Of a stretch of 64,000 nucleotides of DNA, positions 15,930-25,023 are shown piece after piece (the first letter of the stretch is position 1; each line of letters begins with the position of its first letter). Both the position numbers and the translations under genes were made by a program. Source of the stretch: a virus (lineage: Duplodnaviria; Heunggongvirae; Uroviricota; Caudoviricetes); the IMG/VR virus record IMGVR_UViG_3300037307_000307; one strand, written 5' to 3'. The notes under the pieces are model-generated. The model worked only from the letters and a program-made list of their open reading frames with translations, was not told the DNA's origin and did not search any database.

Positions 15930-18708
15930 GAATTCATATCGCATCACTAAAGAAGAAAGAGATAAGATAAATAGTTTAGAAGATATTAAAAAAGATGATT
16001 ATATTTACGAGATATGTAAAAGAGAAGGAACGACATATACAAAAATTCTAGCACAATTACAAGAACCACAAGAGCTTATTGAAAAAGAGAAAATTGAAGA
16101 AGATAGAAAAGAAGAGTCTGAACATGAAATAGATATTGAAGATTTGCAACCAGTTGATTATGATAAAAGAACTTTGAAGGTAAATATACTCGACATATTT
16201 AAACCAGGAGTAGATGATATGACTTTAACTTCTAGCGGAAATTATAAAATGATATGTCCTGATTGTGGTTTACAAGGCGGAAGAACTGAAGGTTTTATTG
16301 TATATCCTGAATCTAATCAAGCTTCTTGTCACTCATCTGGAAAATGGTTTAAAGTTTTAGAAGCCTATGCTTTGAAAAAGAAATTGATTAGATGTTTAGA
16401 TGGAAGAGAACCAGGTGAAAAAGATAAAAAAGTTTTAGGTGGAGAATTATGGACGCAAACATTACTTGAATTCAAGGATGAATATGGTGTAGATAGATTT
16501 AATGATTTATGTGAAGATTGGGGAATTAAAAAAAGATTACAAATACCTGGTAAGTTCAGACTTCAATCAGCATTTGCCGATGATGCTGCAAAAATATTCT
16601 GTAGTAGAAATTTATTATTTTTAAGAGCTGAATCCGGAAATATAATAAAAATAAAAGTTACTAAAAAAGTTGATAAAGATAATGATGAAAAAATGCTTAC
16701 AATAGAGAGAGGAATTGAGGAATTAACTCCTGAAGAATTTGTGACTCTTTTAGAATTATATGTAGACCCTTATATGAAAACATATTACAAAGACGGAACA
16801 TTTCAAGAGGCTCCATATTCTATAAATAAGGAAACTGCTGGAATAACATTAGCTAGTCCTAATTTTAGATTTAAAATGCCTCCATTGGAAAGAATATTTG
16901 ATATTCAAATTCCGATTGTTCATAAAGGTAAATTAACATTTCCTAAGAAAGGATATGATAGAAGATTTGCAAGTTATCTTCCACCAAATGCTCCTAAAAT
17001 AAGGCCGAATGTATATACAGTTCAAGATGCAAAAGACTTCATTGAAGGAATATTTCAAGAATTTTGTTTTAAGGATAGAAAAGATTTCATGCACGCTCTT
17101 GCTGCATTCATAACTCCGTTCTGCAGAGGTTTATTCTCAAAGTTCTCTGTGAGAACTCCGGTATTTATCTATATGGCAAATAGAGAAAGAGCCGGTAAAG
17201 ATTATTTGGCCGGATGTACTGGTATGTTATATGAAGGAGTCGCGACAGAACAACCGCCAATATCAACAGATGAAAAGGGTGGATTTGGTAATAGTAACGA
17301 AGAATTGAGAAAGAAAATAACATCTTGTATGATTGAAGGGAAGAAAAGATTTCACTCTAGTAATAATAAAGGATTGTTAAATAATAGCGTACTAGAAAGC
17401 GCAACCACTTTGGATACATGGGAAGATAGAGTTCTTGGAAGAAATAAAACAATAAATTATCCAAATGAAATGGAATATAGTTTGTCTGGAAATATAGGTA
17501 TGAGTTTGACACCAGACCTTGTTAATAGAGCGAGAGTTATAGATTTAGAGTTGACCATAGAAGATGCTAATTCAAGAGTTTTTAAGAATCCAAGATTGCA
17601 CGCATGGATTCTTGATAATAGAGAAAGTATAATTTCTGCATTATATGCAATAGTCAAACACTGGTGGGAAAATGGGGCTAAACCTGGAAAGGTTCCTTTC
17701 ACTAGTTTTCCTGAATGGTCTGAAGTTGTTGGAGGAATAATGGAATCAGTTGGATGGGACAATCCTTGCACCAAAGATGAAGTTACAGTTATTGCGCTTG
17801 ACCAGGAAACTGATGAAATGAAAATATTGTTTGAAACAGCATATGAACAGAAACCAAATACATGGTTGAATCTTGGAGAATTGCAAGAGATAGTTGAAAA
17901 AGATGATATAATGCCGGATTTGGATTTAAAGAATAAGTCAGACCAGATAAAGTTTGGCAAATTAATTGCAAAATATGGTAATAGAATTCTATCTGATATT
18001 ACTATGTATGTTAAAGATAATAAACAAAGTCAAAGAAGAAAATACAAATTTAATAAGTCTCTACTGGCCCAAGAAGCTGATAAAGAAACTATAATTGATA
18101 AAGATAATAAAGAAAGTATAATTGATAAAAAGAATGAAGAAGTTAAAGAAAATTTGACAGAAAGTGAAAAAACTGACCAAAAAGTGCGCATGTTGCCCAT
18201 GTTTGCGCATGTTTCTACTCCGTCACATGATAGAAAATTGGAATTCATACCATACAGCGATACAAAAACATGCGCAGATATGCGCAACATGCGCACCCCC
18301 CTCACCCAGCCTGAAACATCAATTAAAACAACTATACTGAGCAAAGATGTTGTCCGGGAAGACTTGGAAAACATCCCCAAACATCCCCACCCCTCCACTT
18401 CCACTGGAAAGCCATTGGATTACTATACAAAGAAGATGGCTGTGGCCAAACAAGAAGAAATTGATAAAAGACTCAAAAAGGTCAGAAGCGAAAGAGAGCT
18501 CCAATTCTGGGAAGACCCACAGTGCGCAAGTATTGTAGCGCAATGTACAAGAGAGCAAACGCTTGAGTATGTTAAAGCCAATCCAAAGTCTTCCTATGAA
18601 AAGATTAGACTTGCACTTGGACTTGGAAGTTCAAAATGGCTGGTAGAACTTGCAAACGAAGGTTTAATAAAAAGAAACGATGATGAAAGTTGGGAGATAG
18701 TTATATAA
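15916..18708 (+). CDS. large replication protein, putative primase/helicase-like (zinc-binding N-region, degenerate P-loop-like region, C-terminal wH-like domain)
   Basis: ATG at 15916 (METIKNSY...) after ggtgaagagg; CPDCG...CHSSG zinc motif; VFIYMANRERAGKDYLAGCTG P-loop-like; stop overlaps PolB start (TAATG). Confidence 0.45.
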   Translation: METIKNSYRITKEERDKINSLEDIKKDDYIYEICKREGTTYTKILAQLQEPQELIEKEKIEEDRKEESEHEIDIEDLQPVDYDKRTLKVNILDIFKPGVDDMTLTSSGNYKMICPDCGLQGGRTEGFIVYPESNQASCHSSGKWFKVLEAYALKKKLIRCLDGREPGEKDKKVLGGELWTQTLLEFKDEYGVDRFNDLCEDWGIKKRLQIPGKFRLQSAFADDAAKIFCSRNLLFLRAESGNIIKIKVTKKVDKDNDEKMLTIERGIEELTPEEFVTLLELYVDPYMKTYYKDGTFQEAPYSINKETAGITLASPNFRFKMPPLERIFDIQIPIVHKGKLTFPKKGYDRRFASYLPPNAPKIRPNVYTVQDAKDFIEGIFQEFCFKDRKDFMHALAAFITPFCRGLFSKFSVRTPVFIYMANRERAGKDYLAGCTGMLYEGVATEQPPISTDEKGGFGNSNEELRKKITSCMIEGKKRFHSSNNKGLLNNSVLESATTLDTWEDRVLGRNKTINYPNEMEYSLSGNIGMSLTPDLVNRARVIDLELTIEDANSRVFKNPRLHAWILDNRESIISALYAIVKHWWENGAKPGKVPFTSFPEWSEVVGGIMESVGWDNPCTKDEVTVIALDQETDEMKILFETAYEQKPNTWLNLGELQEIVEKDDIMPDLDLKNKSDQIKFGKLIAKYGNRILSDITMYVKDNKQSQRRKYKFNKSLLAQEADKETIIDKDNKESIIDKKNEEVKENLTESEKTDQKVRMLPMFAHVSTPSHDRKLEFIPYSDTKTCADMRNMRTPLTQPETSIKTTILSKDVVREDLENIPKHPHPSTSTGKPLDYYTKKMAVAKQEEIDKRLKKVRSERELQFWEDPQCASIVAQCTREQTLEYVKANPKSSYEKIRLALGLGSSKWLVELANEGLIKRNDDESWEIVI
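18180..18300. promoter_or_regulatory. clustered GC-rich iteron-like repeats: 2x GCGCATGTT, then ~60 bp later inverted 2-3x (A)ACATGCGC(A)
   Basis: gtgcgcatgttgcccatgtttgcgcatgttt ... aacatgcgcagatatgcgcaacatgcgcac read directly inside the 3' part of the replication gene. Confidence 0.45.
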
Positions 18709-20549
18709 TGGCAAACTTTAATAAAAAATCCATATTAATTTATGATATCGAGACGGATTCTTTAGATATTCAAACCGCAAATATGAAATGGTTTGGAGCT
18801 TACAGTTATTTGAAAGATAAATATTATTGGTATCAATTTCCACAAGATAAGAAAGAAATTATAAGTTTGATAGAGAGTCATAAGGTTCTTGTAGGATTTA
18901 ACATAAAAGATTTCGATAATGAAATAATCGAAGCAAACCTTAAACTAGAGGAAAACATATTTGAGTATAAAGTTTTAGTCGACTTGTTAGAAATATCCGC
19001 TCCAAAGGCAGGTAAGAATTATGGAGCCCATAGAAAGAATAGATTGACTATGATGGGTTATAAGTTAAAAAATTATACTCTTAAAAATATAATAGAGCTT
19101 TTGAAATTGGATAAGGATATAGGAAGTAAAGGAGATATAGATTATAATATATTCAAGAAAGAAACGTTGACAAAAGAAGAAATAGATGAAATAATAAAAT
19201 ATCTCAAACAAGATATTGATTTAACAAAATTACTTTTTGAATGGTATGAAGAACAATATGAGCCATTAAAGAAACTTCTTCCTACAAAAGAACAAAACAA
19301 TTTCCTATATCTAAAATCAAGTTTAGCAGTTCTTGCTTATAATATAATATGTAATAAAGCAGGACTTCCTGTCGTATATACTGATAAAACAAAGAGTAAC
19401 GAATCTTATTCAGGAGGACATCATATTGAACCCGCCCATGAATTGGTTAAAGGTAATATAATAGAAGTAGATTTTACTAGTGCATATCCTCACGCAATTA
19501 TGATGGGTAATTTGTGTTCACCTGCAAAGGAAAATGAAAAATATTGGGATGGAAATAATTATTACAAACTTGATGGCAAATATAATAAAGACACACAAGG
19601 AAAAATTGAAACAGCTCTAAAGGAAATATTTCTTGAAAGATTGAAAGCTAAGAAAGAGAAAGACATTCCAAAAGATAAATCATATAAAATAGTTATCAAC
19701 AGTTTCTATGGTGCACTTGGTAATCCAGTATTCAAATCAATATATAATAGAAACAGTGCGTCTGACACAACTTCAATTGTTAGAACTTGGATGAAGAAAC
19801 TTGCTAAGAGTTTGGCTGAAGCAGGTTATGAATGTTTATACGGATTTACAGATTCTATCTTCATAAAAATACCAGATAAATTAAATAAAAAAGATGCTAT
19901 GAAAGAGATTGACTTATTCTTAAAAGAAGCTTTGGATAATATGCCTTTTCCAATGGATACTTTCAAAATGGGAATTGAAGAAGAAATTAAAATGATTTGG
20001 TTTGTAGCAAAGAACTGTTATTTGTTCGTAACTCAAGATGATAAGGTAAAATACAAATCTACTCTTTTGAATACAAATACTCCAGCGGCAGTTATGAAAT
20101 TGTTTGAAGAATATATGAAGCCTATAATTATACAGAAACTTGACATTCCTTTTACATATAAAGAACTTGAGCAACAATTAAAATTAGTTATTGAAAAAGA
20201 TATTTCTTTGGCAGCACAGGAACATAAAGTAACAGAACTGAGTGAATATAAATCTCACACATCTTTACAATATCAAATATCTGAAAAACATGGTGAAGGA
20301 AGACACTTATTAATACCTAACAGAAAAGGAGTTGGAGTCGGTCTTAGTAAACATACTAAAAAGAAAGCAGGAGTAAGACATTGCACTATAAAAGAATTCA
20401 AGGACAATAATCTAACAATATCAGATATTGATTTAACTCATCTTCTATCTCACCTCAAACCTTTCTATGAACGTAATGATGAAGCAAAGAAACAACAGAA
20501 AATACAAAGACAAACGTTGTTGCGAGAAATGCAAACAATATATGGATGA
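18708..20549 (+). CDS. polB: family-B DNA polymerase with 3'-5' exonuclease domain
   Basis: ExoI LIYDIETDS, ExoII FNIKDFDNEII, ExoIII YLKQDID; pol motif A DFTSAYPHAIM, motif B KIVINSFYGALGN, motif C YGFTDSIFI. Confidence 0.8.
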   Translation: MANFNKKSILIYDIETDSLDIQTANMKWFGAYSYLKDKYYWYQFPQDKKEIISLIESHKVLVGFNIKDFDNEIIEANLKLEENIFEYKVLVDLLEISAPKAGKNYGAHRKNRLTMMGYKLKNYTLKNIIELLKLDKDIGSKGDIDYNIFKKETLTKEEIDEIIKYLKQDIDLTKLLFEWYEEQYEPLKKLLPTKEQNNFLYLKSSLAVLAYNIICNKAGLPVVYTDKTKSNESYSGGHHIEPAHELVKGNIIEVDFTSAYPHAIMMGNLCSPAKENEKYWDGNNYYKLDGKYNKDTQGKIETALKEIFLERLKAKKEKDIPKDKSYKIVINSFYGALGNPVFKSIYNRNSASDTTSIVRTWMKKLAKSLAEAGYECLYGFTDSIFIKIPDKLNKKDAMKEIDLFLKEALDNMPFPMDTFKMGIEEEIKMIWFVAKNCYLFVTQDDKVKYKSTLLNTNTPAAVMKLFEEYMKPIIIQKLDIPFTYKELEQQLKLVIEKDISLAAQEHKVTELSEYKSHTSLQYQISEKHGEGRHLLIPNRKGVGVGLSKHTKKKAGVRHCTIKEFKDNNLTISDIDLTHLLSHLKPFYERNDEAKKQQKIQRQTLLREMQTIYG

Positions 20550-21003
20550 AGAAGATTTAGATATAGTTGAAGATATGTGGATTTGTAGAGAATGTGAAAA
20601 TAAATTATAATTTCTTTAGATAGAACATCGTTACATCTAAGCTGCAGTCTTTGCGCCGGAGTATGTTTTACATCTTCAAGATGATAAACCATGGAAAAGG
20701 AGGTTTCTAAACCAATCCTGGAAACGCCGGTTTACTTACCTCACTTACCTCACTACCACTAAAATCAAAACTACTACTAAACCGCGCACGCCATACAATC
20801 TTTCTACATTAAGGATATTTCACACAGGAAATTACCCGCCCAGAACATGTCTGAAGATAATCCAAACGCCGGTGAAACCAGCAATAGTAATACTGAAAAG
20901 TATTACTATTGTAATAAATCCTCTGTAAGAATTGATAACATTAGCCGATTATTAATCCCGTTCCGGGATTATACAGCGCCGGATAATTGGTTCGGAGAAC
21001 CGA

Positions 21004-21297
21004 TTATCTGGAAGAACTTATAAGTTTATCATATAAATCATGGAATGTCATCCCTTCCGTATAAACCTCCGCAAAACGATTTGCAAGGCCTACAGTGACC
21101 CAAAGTTCCCAAGCCTCTTGCCAATCAACCTCTCTGCGTTGTCGCACGCTTTCTTCATATTTCCACTTTTCAACTGCTTTCATTTGTAGAACAAGGCGGT
21201 CAGAATACTTTGCATCGTGAAGTAGAATTTCTTTTAATGTGCAATATCTTCCCGGGTCGCAACCATCACATATCTCACGCAATAGCTTTCTATTCAT
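21004..21297 (-). CDS. hypothetical protein (isolated minus-strand gene, higher GC)
   Basis: 97-aa ORF with CDGCDPGRYC; divergent from the + gene at 21353. Confidence 0.4.
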   Translation of the reverse strand: MNRKLLREICDGCDPGRYCTLKEILLHDAKYSDRLVLQMKAVEKWKYEESVRQRREVDWQEAWELWVTVGLANRFAEVYTEGMTFHDLYDKLISSSR

Positions 21298-21352
21298 CTT
21301 ATGAAATAATTAAAATAGCAAAGTTAATAAATATGGTTGTTATAATCATTTT

Positions 21353-21610
21353 ATGAATAAACAGAGCGTATTACAAACAGTCGAGATATATGATTCTTTT
21401 AGACCTGAAGTTTTACTAGAGATAAGATTCCAGAGAGGAGATGTTCCTCTCTTGAAAACAAACAGAAGTTCTTATTTTTCAATTAGACAAATTTATGAAG
21501 GTTCTCTTACAAGACTTGTGCAACCAGAACTTCCATTATCTTATAAACCTAAAGAAAAAGAAACTACGGAGGCCGAGACTGTCTTTTGGGAAAGAGCTCA
21601 TTCTTGTTAA
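21353..21610 (+). CDS. hypothetical protein
   Basis: 85-aa ORF. Confidence 0.3.
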   Translation: MNKQSVLQTVEIYDSFRPEVLLEIRFQRGDVPLLKTNRSSYFSIRQIYEGSLTRLVQPELPLSYKPKEKETTEAETVFWERAHSC

Positions 21611-21804
21611 TGGAACACAATTATAATAATTTACATTTAGAAGGAGATTATGAACTTCAGAAAAAAATGGTTCATAACAAAGAGAAAGTGAAACATTCAC
21701 AAAATTTACTTGGAAATTTAGTTGGAGCTTTTTTGACACTTGCTATCGGAGCAACAGTTATGAGCGCAGTAACATCAAATTTGCGAAAGCAGGGAGTTAT
21801 CTAA
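21586..21804 (+). CDS. small membrane protein (possibly starting at internal Met ~21664)
   Basis: C-terminal hydrophobic LLGNLVGAFLTLAIGATVMSAVTSNL. Confidence 0.3.
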   Translation: MGKSSFLLMEHNYNNLHLEGDYELQKKMVHNKEKVKHSQNLLGNLVGAFLTLAIGATVMSAVTSNLRKQGVI

Positions 21805-21806
21805 TC

Positions 21807-22160
21807 TTGAATCAAAGACAAAAAAGATATTTAGCACATAAGAAAGAAGAAAAAGAATATGCAAGAGAATATAGAAAAAACCATCCTTGGGTTAGATTTT
21901 ATACTAATGCAAAACAAAGATGTACAAATCCAAAAATAGAAACTTTCAAAAAATATGGTGCTAAAGGAATTAAATTTAATATGACTAGTGAAGATGTCAA
22001 AAAAATATGGATGAGGGACGAAGCACATAAATTAATAAGACCAAGTATTGATAGAATTGATTCAAAGAAAGGATATTCCTTAAATAATTGTCAATTCATT
22101 GAATTAAGTATTAACAGTTCTAAAAGAAAATATGGAGGTGGCCACTATTGGTATGTTTGA
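21807..22160 (+). CDS. phage-type HNH-associated endonuclease-like protein
   Basis: RCTNPKIETFKKYGAKGIKF ... SIDRIDSKKGYSLNNCQFI resembles the ..YG.RGI....sLDRID..g.Y.pgNcrw signature of small phage HNH homing-endonuclease relatives; TTG start in track. Confidence 0.45.
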   Translation: MNQRQKRYLAHKKEEKEYAREYRKNHPWVRFYTNAKQRCTNPKIETFKKYGAKGIKFNMTSEDVKKIWMRDEAHKLIRPSIDRIDSKKGYSLNNCQFIELSINSSKRKYGGGHYWYV

Positions 22161-22476
22161 TAGTTTCATAGTGAAATGTCCTAAGTGTAATCACGATTTA
22201 GAATTTCAATCTAAATCAGGACCGTGCGCATTGTATGTTTACAGAGATTTTTGCCCACCGGATATAGCAATAGGAATAGATGGCGATATTGTAGAATGTC
22301 AATTCTGTGAAAGAAGATACAAACTAGATTTTTCTATTCCGAAAACACTTACTCCAAAAATCACTTCAACTAAAAAAGAAGCAGATTATTCTGGTAACTA
22401 TAATCCAGATTTACCAAAGAATAAAAAAAGAATTAAAGAATTAATAAAAATAATACATGGAAAAAATAAAAAATAA
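22132..22476 (+). CDS. zinc-ribbon protein
   Basis: CPKCNHD...CQFCERRY. Confidence 0.4.
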   Translation: MEVATIGMFDSFIVKCPKCNHDLEFQSKSGPCALYVYRDFCPPDIAIGIDGDIVECQFCERRYKLDFSIPKTLTPKITSTKKEADYSGNYNPDLPKNKKRIKELIKIIHGKNKK

Positions 22477-22577
22477 TTCAAATGATTTATGGAATTATAA
22501 AACAATAATGATAATCGTAGCTTTGATGATTGTGATTTTTGTTTTAGGATTTATGTTAGGAGCTATGTTTTTGTAAT

Positions 22578-22955
22578 ATGAGATTGAAAAAGAGAAAAGA
22601 CATTTTAAAAACAAGAGCTATAATTTTATTAATTTTCATAAACATTTTTTTAATCGGAGCCGTAATCAATCTACTAACTATTTCTGAAAATGGAGGGAAG
22701 ATGCCGGTTTATACAAACAGAACGGTTGATACAGATGAAAGACATTTTCTTTTTAATGAATCAGAGCAAGTTGAGATGTTCATATTTACCGATATATTGC
22801 ACATGTCATTTACCAATCTTGGATTTGAAATATTCTTTTCAATAGGAGATGTGATAATATATATAAGCGGCTTAGCCTTTTTTATTTCAGGTTGCATATT
22901 TTTATTTTTAGATATAAGATATTTATATAAGGATTTTATGAAATGCAGGCAATAA
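22578..22955 (+). CDS. membrane protein
   Basis: AIILLIFINIFLIGAVINLLTI and ISGLAFFISGCIFLFL helices. Confidence 0.4.
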   Translation: MRLKKRKDILKTRAIILLIFINIFLIGAVINLLTISENGGKMPVYTNRTVDTDERHFLFNESEQVEMFIFTDILHMSFTNLGFEIFFSIGDVIIYISGLAFFISGCIFLFLDIRYLYKDFMKCRQ

Positions 22956-23090
22956 AACATGAAATGTCAATGAATAAAATGTTGATTCCATTTTTATTCT
23001 TTCCATGGATAATTACGGAATTAATTGAAACCATATGGTATATAATAAAACCATCAGATAATTTTAACAAGCCATCCTTTGAGAATTCTT

Positions 23091-24692
23091 TCAATTGGAT
23101 TTAGACATTCCATTTATAATTTGTTTTGCAACATAATGTGCACTTCCAAATATTATTATTCCTGGAATAACCGCAATTCCCGCCCCAACAAGTACTGCTG
23201 GAGCCAACAATGTAGATGATATCGTGGCAAGAGAACCAAATCCTAATGATTCAAGCATACTGGCTGCTTCGTGGGTTTTCTTTTCAATTCCTTTTTCAAG
23301 AGCATCTATTTGCATAACTATTTTTCCGTTTTGCCATATTCTAACTTTTTTATCTTCTTCTGAAGTTAGAAAAACTTTGTTTCCATTTAGAGAAGCAGTG
23401 TATGCTGCCGAATTACCTGTAATAAATATTTTATTTTTTCTTCTAGCTATAACTGTATTATTATTATTAGTTGTTGGACAGAATACTATTCCATTGTATT
23501 TTTTCTCCTTTATCTCATTTCTAAAAACGTTACATTCATTGAATCTATTAATATTTGTTTTATAATATCCTTTTGAATCAATATATGTATTTGAATTTCT
23601 ATTTAATAAGATACAAAGTGTTTTAAAAAAATCTAGTCTTTTTTTGTTTTGAGTTCTTATATCTCCTTCCCAATTTTTATTACGTTTGTGCCCATCTCCT
23701 AACATCATTGAATTATATATCTCTTGTAATTCCTCTCCTTTTAATTCAAATATAGAATGTTTAGGTGTTCTATCAATATTAATAAAATCAAAAATCCATT
23801 TAGAATCTTTTGAGAATATTCTAAATTTACAATATCTTTTTAATTTACCATCGTAAGGTGAAAGTTGATTATATATATTCTTTGAAAATGTTAAGCCACT
23901 GGATACCAAAGTATCTTCTATTATTTTACATTTGTTTTTATTTGCTGTAAAACTTTGAACTATTTCTATAGATTTATCTCTTTTACTAATATAAGCATCA
24001 GATAAAACCCATCCTAAAATAGAAGCTTTTATTTTCCCAATACTTTTACCATTTTTTTTAAAAGAAGATAATTTATGTTTTGTTTTAATTTTTTCGGATA
24101 TTTGATTATAAGGAATTAATTTGTAATTATTATAGATAATTTTTCTGGAGTCTCCTTTTCCAATTCTCTTTCCAATCTTAACGAGCCCTTTATGTTCATT
24201 TGTTACAATGAAATCTAAAAATCTATTTTTAATATGAAAAACCTTTTCATTGATTTTATCAATGAAAATATCTTTAATCTTATCTTCCTCTATAATATCT
24301 TTTTTTAAATTATAGTTTAAGATTATATCTCCTTTGTTCAAATCTTTATATCTCTTCCAACCTTTTATTGTCAATATTTCAGTATCAGAACTTAAACAAT
24401 GTCTTGTACCATATCCTGTAAGAGTTTGAACATTTTTAATATTCATTCCATATCCAATCATTTCTCCTTGAGGATTAACAATACAAGCACCGTCGAGTAA
24501 CGCAAGTGCTTCAGCTCTTCTTTCAGAACCAATTATATTAAACTTAACAACATCTTGAGGAAACAAAGGTTCATATTCAATCGGTTTGTCCATTAGAACA
24601 ATTAAACAACCTTTGTTATTCTTTGCTATTTTTAAGCAGATATCAATTAAAGTTTTTTCAATTTCATTTGTCATAGTATATGTAAATAACAT
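23091..24692 (-). CDS. diadenylate cyclase (DAC/DisA_N domain, c-di-AMP synthase-like) interrupted by an intein; C-terminal membrane anchor
   Basis: N-extein LLDGACIVNPQGEMIGYG...LTGYGTRH | C-extein SAAYTASLNGNKVFLTSEEDKKVRIWQNG matches the DGA and GTRHRAA...VSEETG DAC signatures; C-terminal TM LATISSTLLAPAVLVGAGIAVIPGIIIFG. Confidence 0.65.
   Translation of the reverse strand: MLFTYTMTNEIEKTLIDICLKIAKNNKGCLIVLMDKPIEYEPLFPQDVVKFNIIGSERRAEALALLDGACIVNPQGEMIGYGMNIKNVQTLTGYGTRHCLSSDTEILTIKGWKRYKDLNKGDIILNYNLKKDIIEEDKIKDIFIDKINEKVFHIKNRFLDFIVTNEHKGLVKIGKRIGKGDSRKIIYNNYKLIPYNQISEKIKTKHKLSSFKKNGKSIGKIKASILGWVLSDAYISKRDKSIEIVQSFTANKNKCKIIEDTLVSSGLTFSKNIYNQLSPYDGKLKRYCKFRIFSKDSKWIFDFINIDRTPKHSIFELKGEELQEIYNSMMLGDGHKRNKNWEGDIRTQNKKRLDFFKTLCILLNRNSNTYIDSKGYYKTNINRFNECNVFRNEIKEKKYNGIVFCPTTNNNNTVIARRKNKIFITGNSAAYTASLNGNKVFLTSEEDKKVRIWQNGKIVMQIDALEKGIEKKTHEAASMLESLGFGSLATISSTLLAPAVLVGAGIAVIPGIIIFGSAHYVAKQIINGMSKSN
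23412..24398 (-). mobile_element. intein (~329 aa) with LAGLIDADG-type homing-endonuclease motifs, inserted after GTRH of the DAC motif
   Basis: Block A CLSSDTEILTIKGW directly after extein His; LAGLIDADG-like ILGWVLSDAYISKRDKS and MMLGDGHKRNKNWEGD; ends ...IFITGN followed by +1 Ser. Confidence 0.55.
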
Positions 24693-25023
24693 TTTTATAA
24701 AAAAGACAAAGTTTATATATTTAATGCTCTACATTGAAAAATGAACAAAAACAGAGCATATTTCTTATATCCTAGGCAATACCAGGTCGGGCCCTCTAGT
24801 AATATGGCCAATGGTTTCGGTAATTTCTTTGGAAATTACGCTCTGCCATCATTGAGCATCCCTGGTATTGCCACCTTCTATTCCATCAAACGTAATGGGT
24901 TTGAACACCAATTTATTCCCATAAGCGGTCACTAACTTAAAGCTACGATGCCACTGAGGTGTACGTGTTAGTGCATCACCTTATTGATGGATAAATCGCA
25001 AGTCGCTTTGCGGTTTTGTACAA

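Noticed and set aside
17457-18558. ORFs antisense or alternate-frame to the replication gene (17457-, 17789-, 18030-, 18319-, 18347+)
   Set aside because: They fall inside the uninterrupted 931-codon frame and lack start signals.
20690-21000. Direct repeat CACTTACCTCACTTACCTCACTACCACT and possible micro-ORFs at 20690-21024
   Set aside because: It is too short and unique to interpret. A possible 58-aa ORF (~20848..21024) lacks SD or context and is left unannotated.
23224-23565. Plus-strand ORF 23224..23565 antisense to the DAC-intein gene
   Set aside because: It lies inside a well-supported minus-strand CDS and has a low-complexity hydrophobic product.
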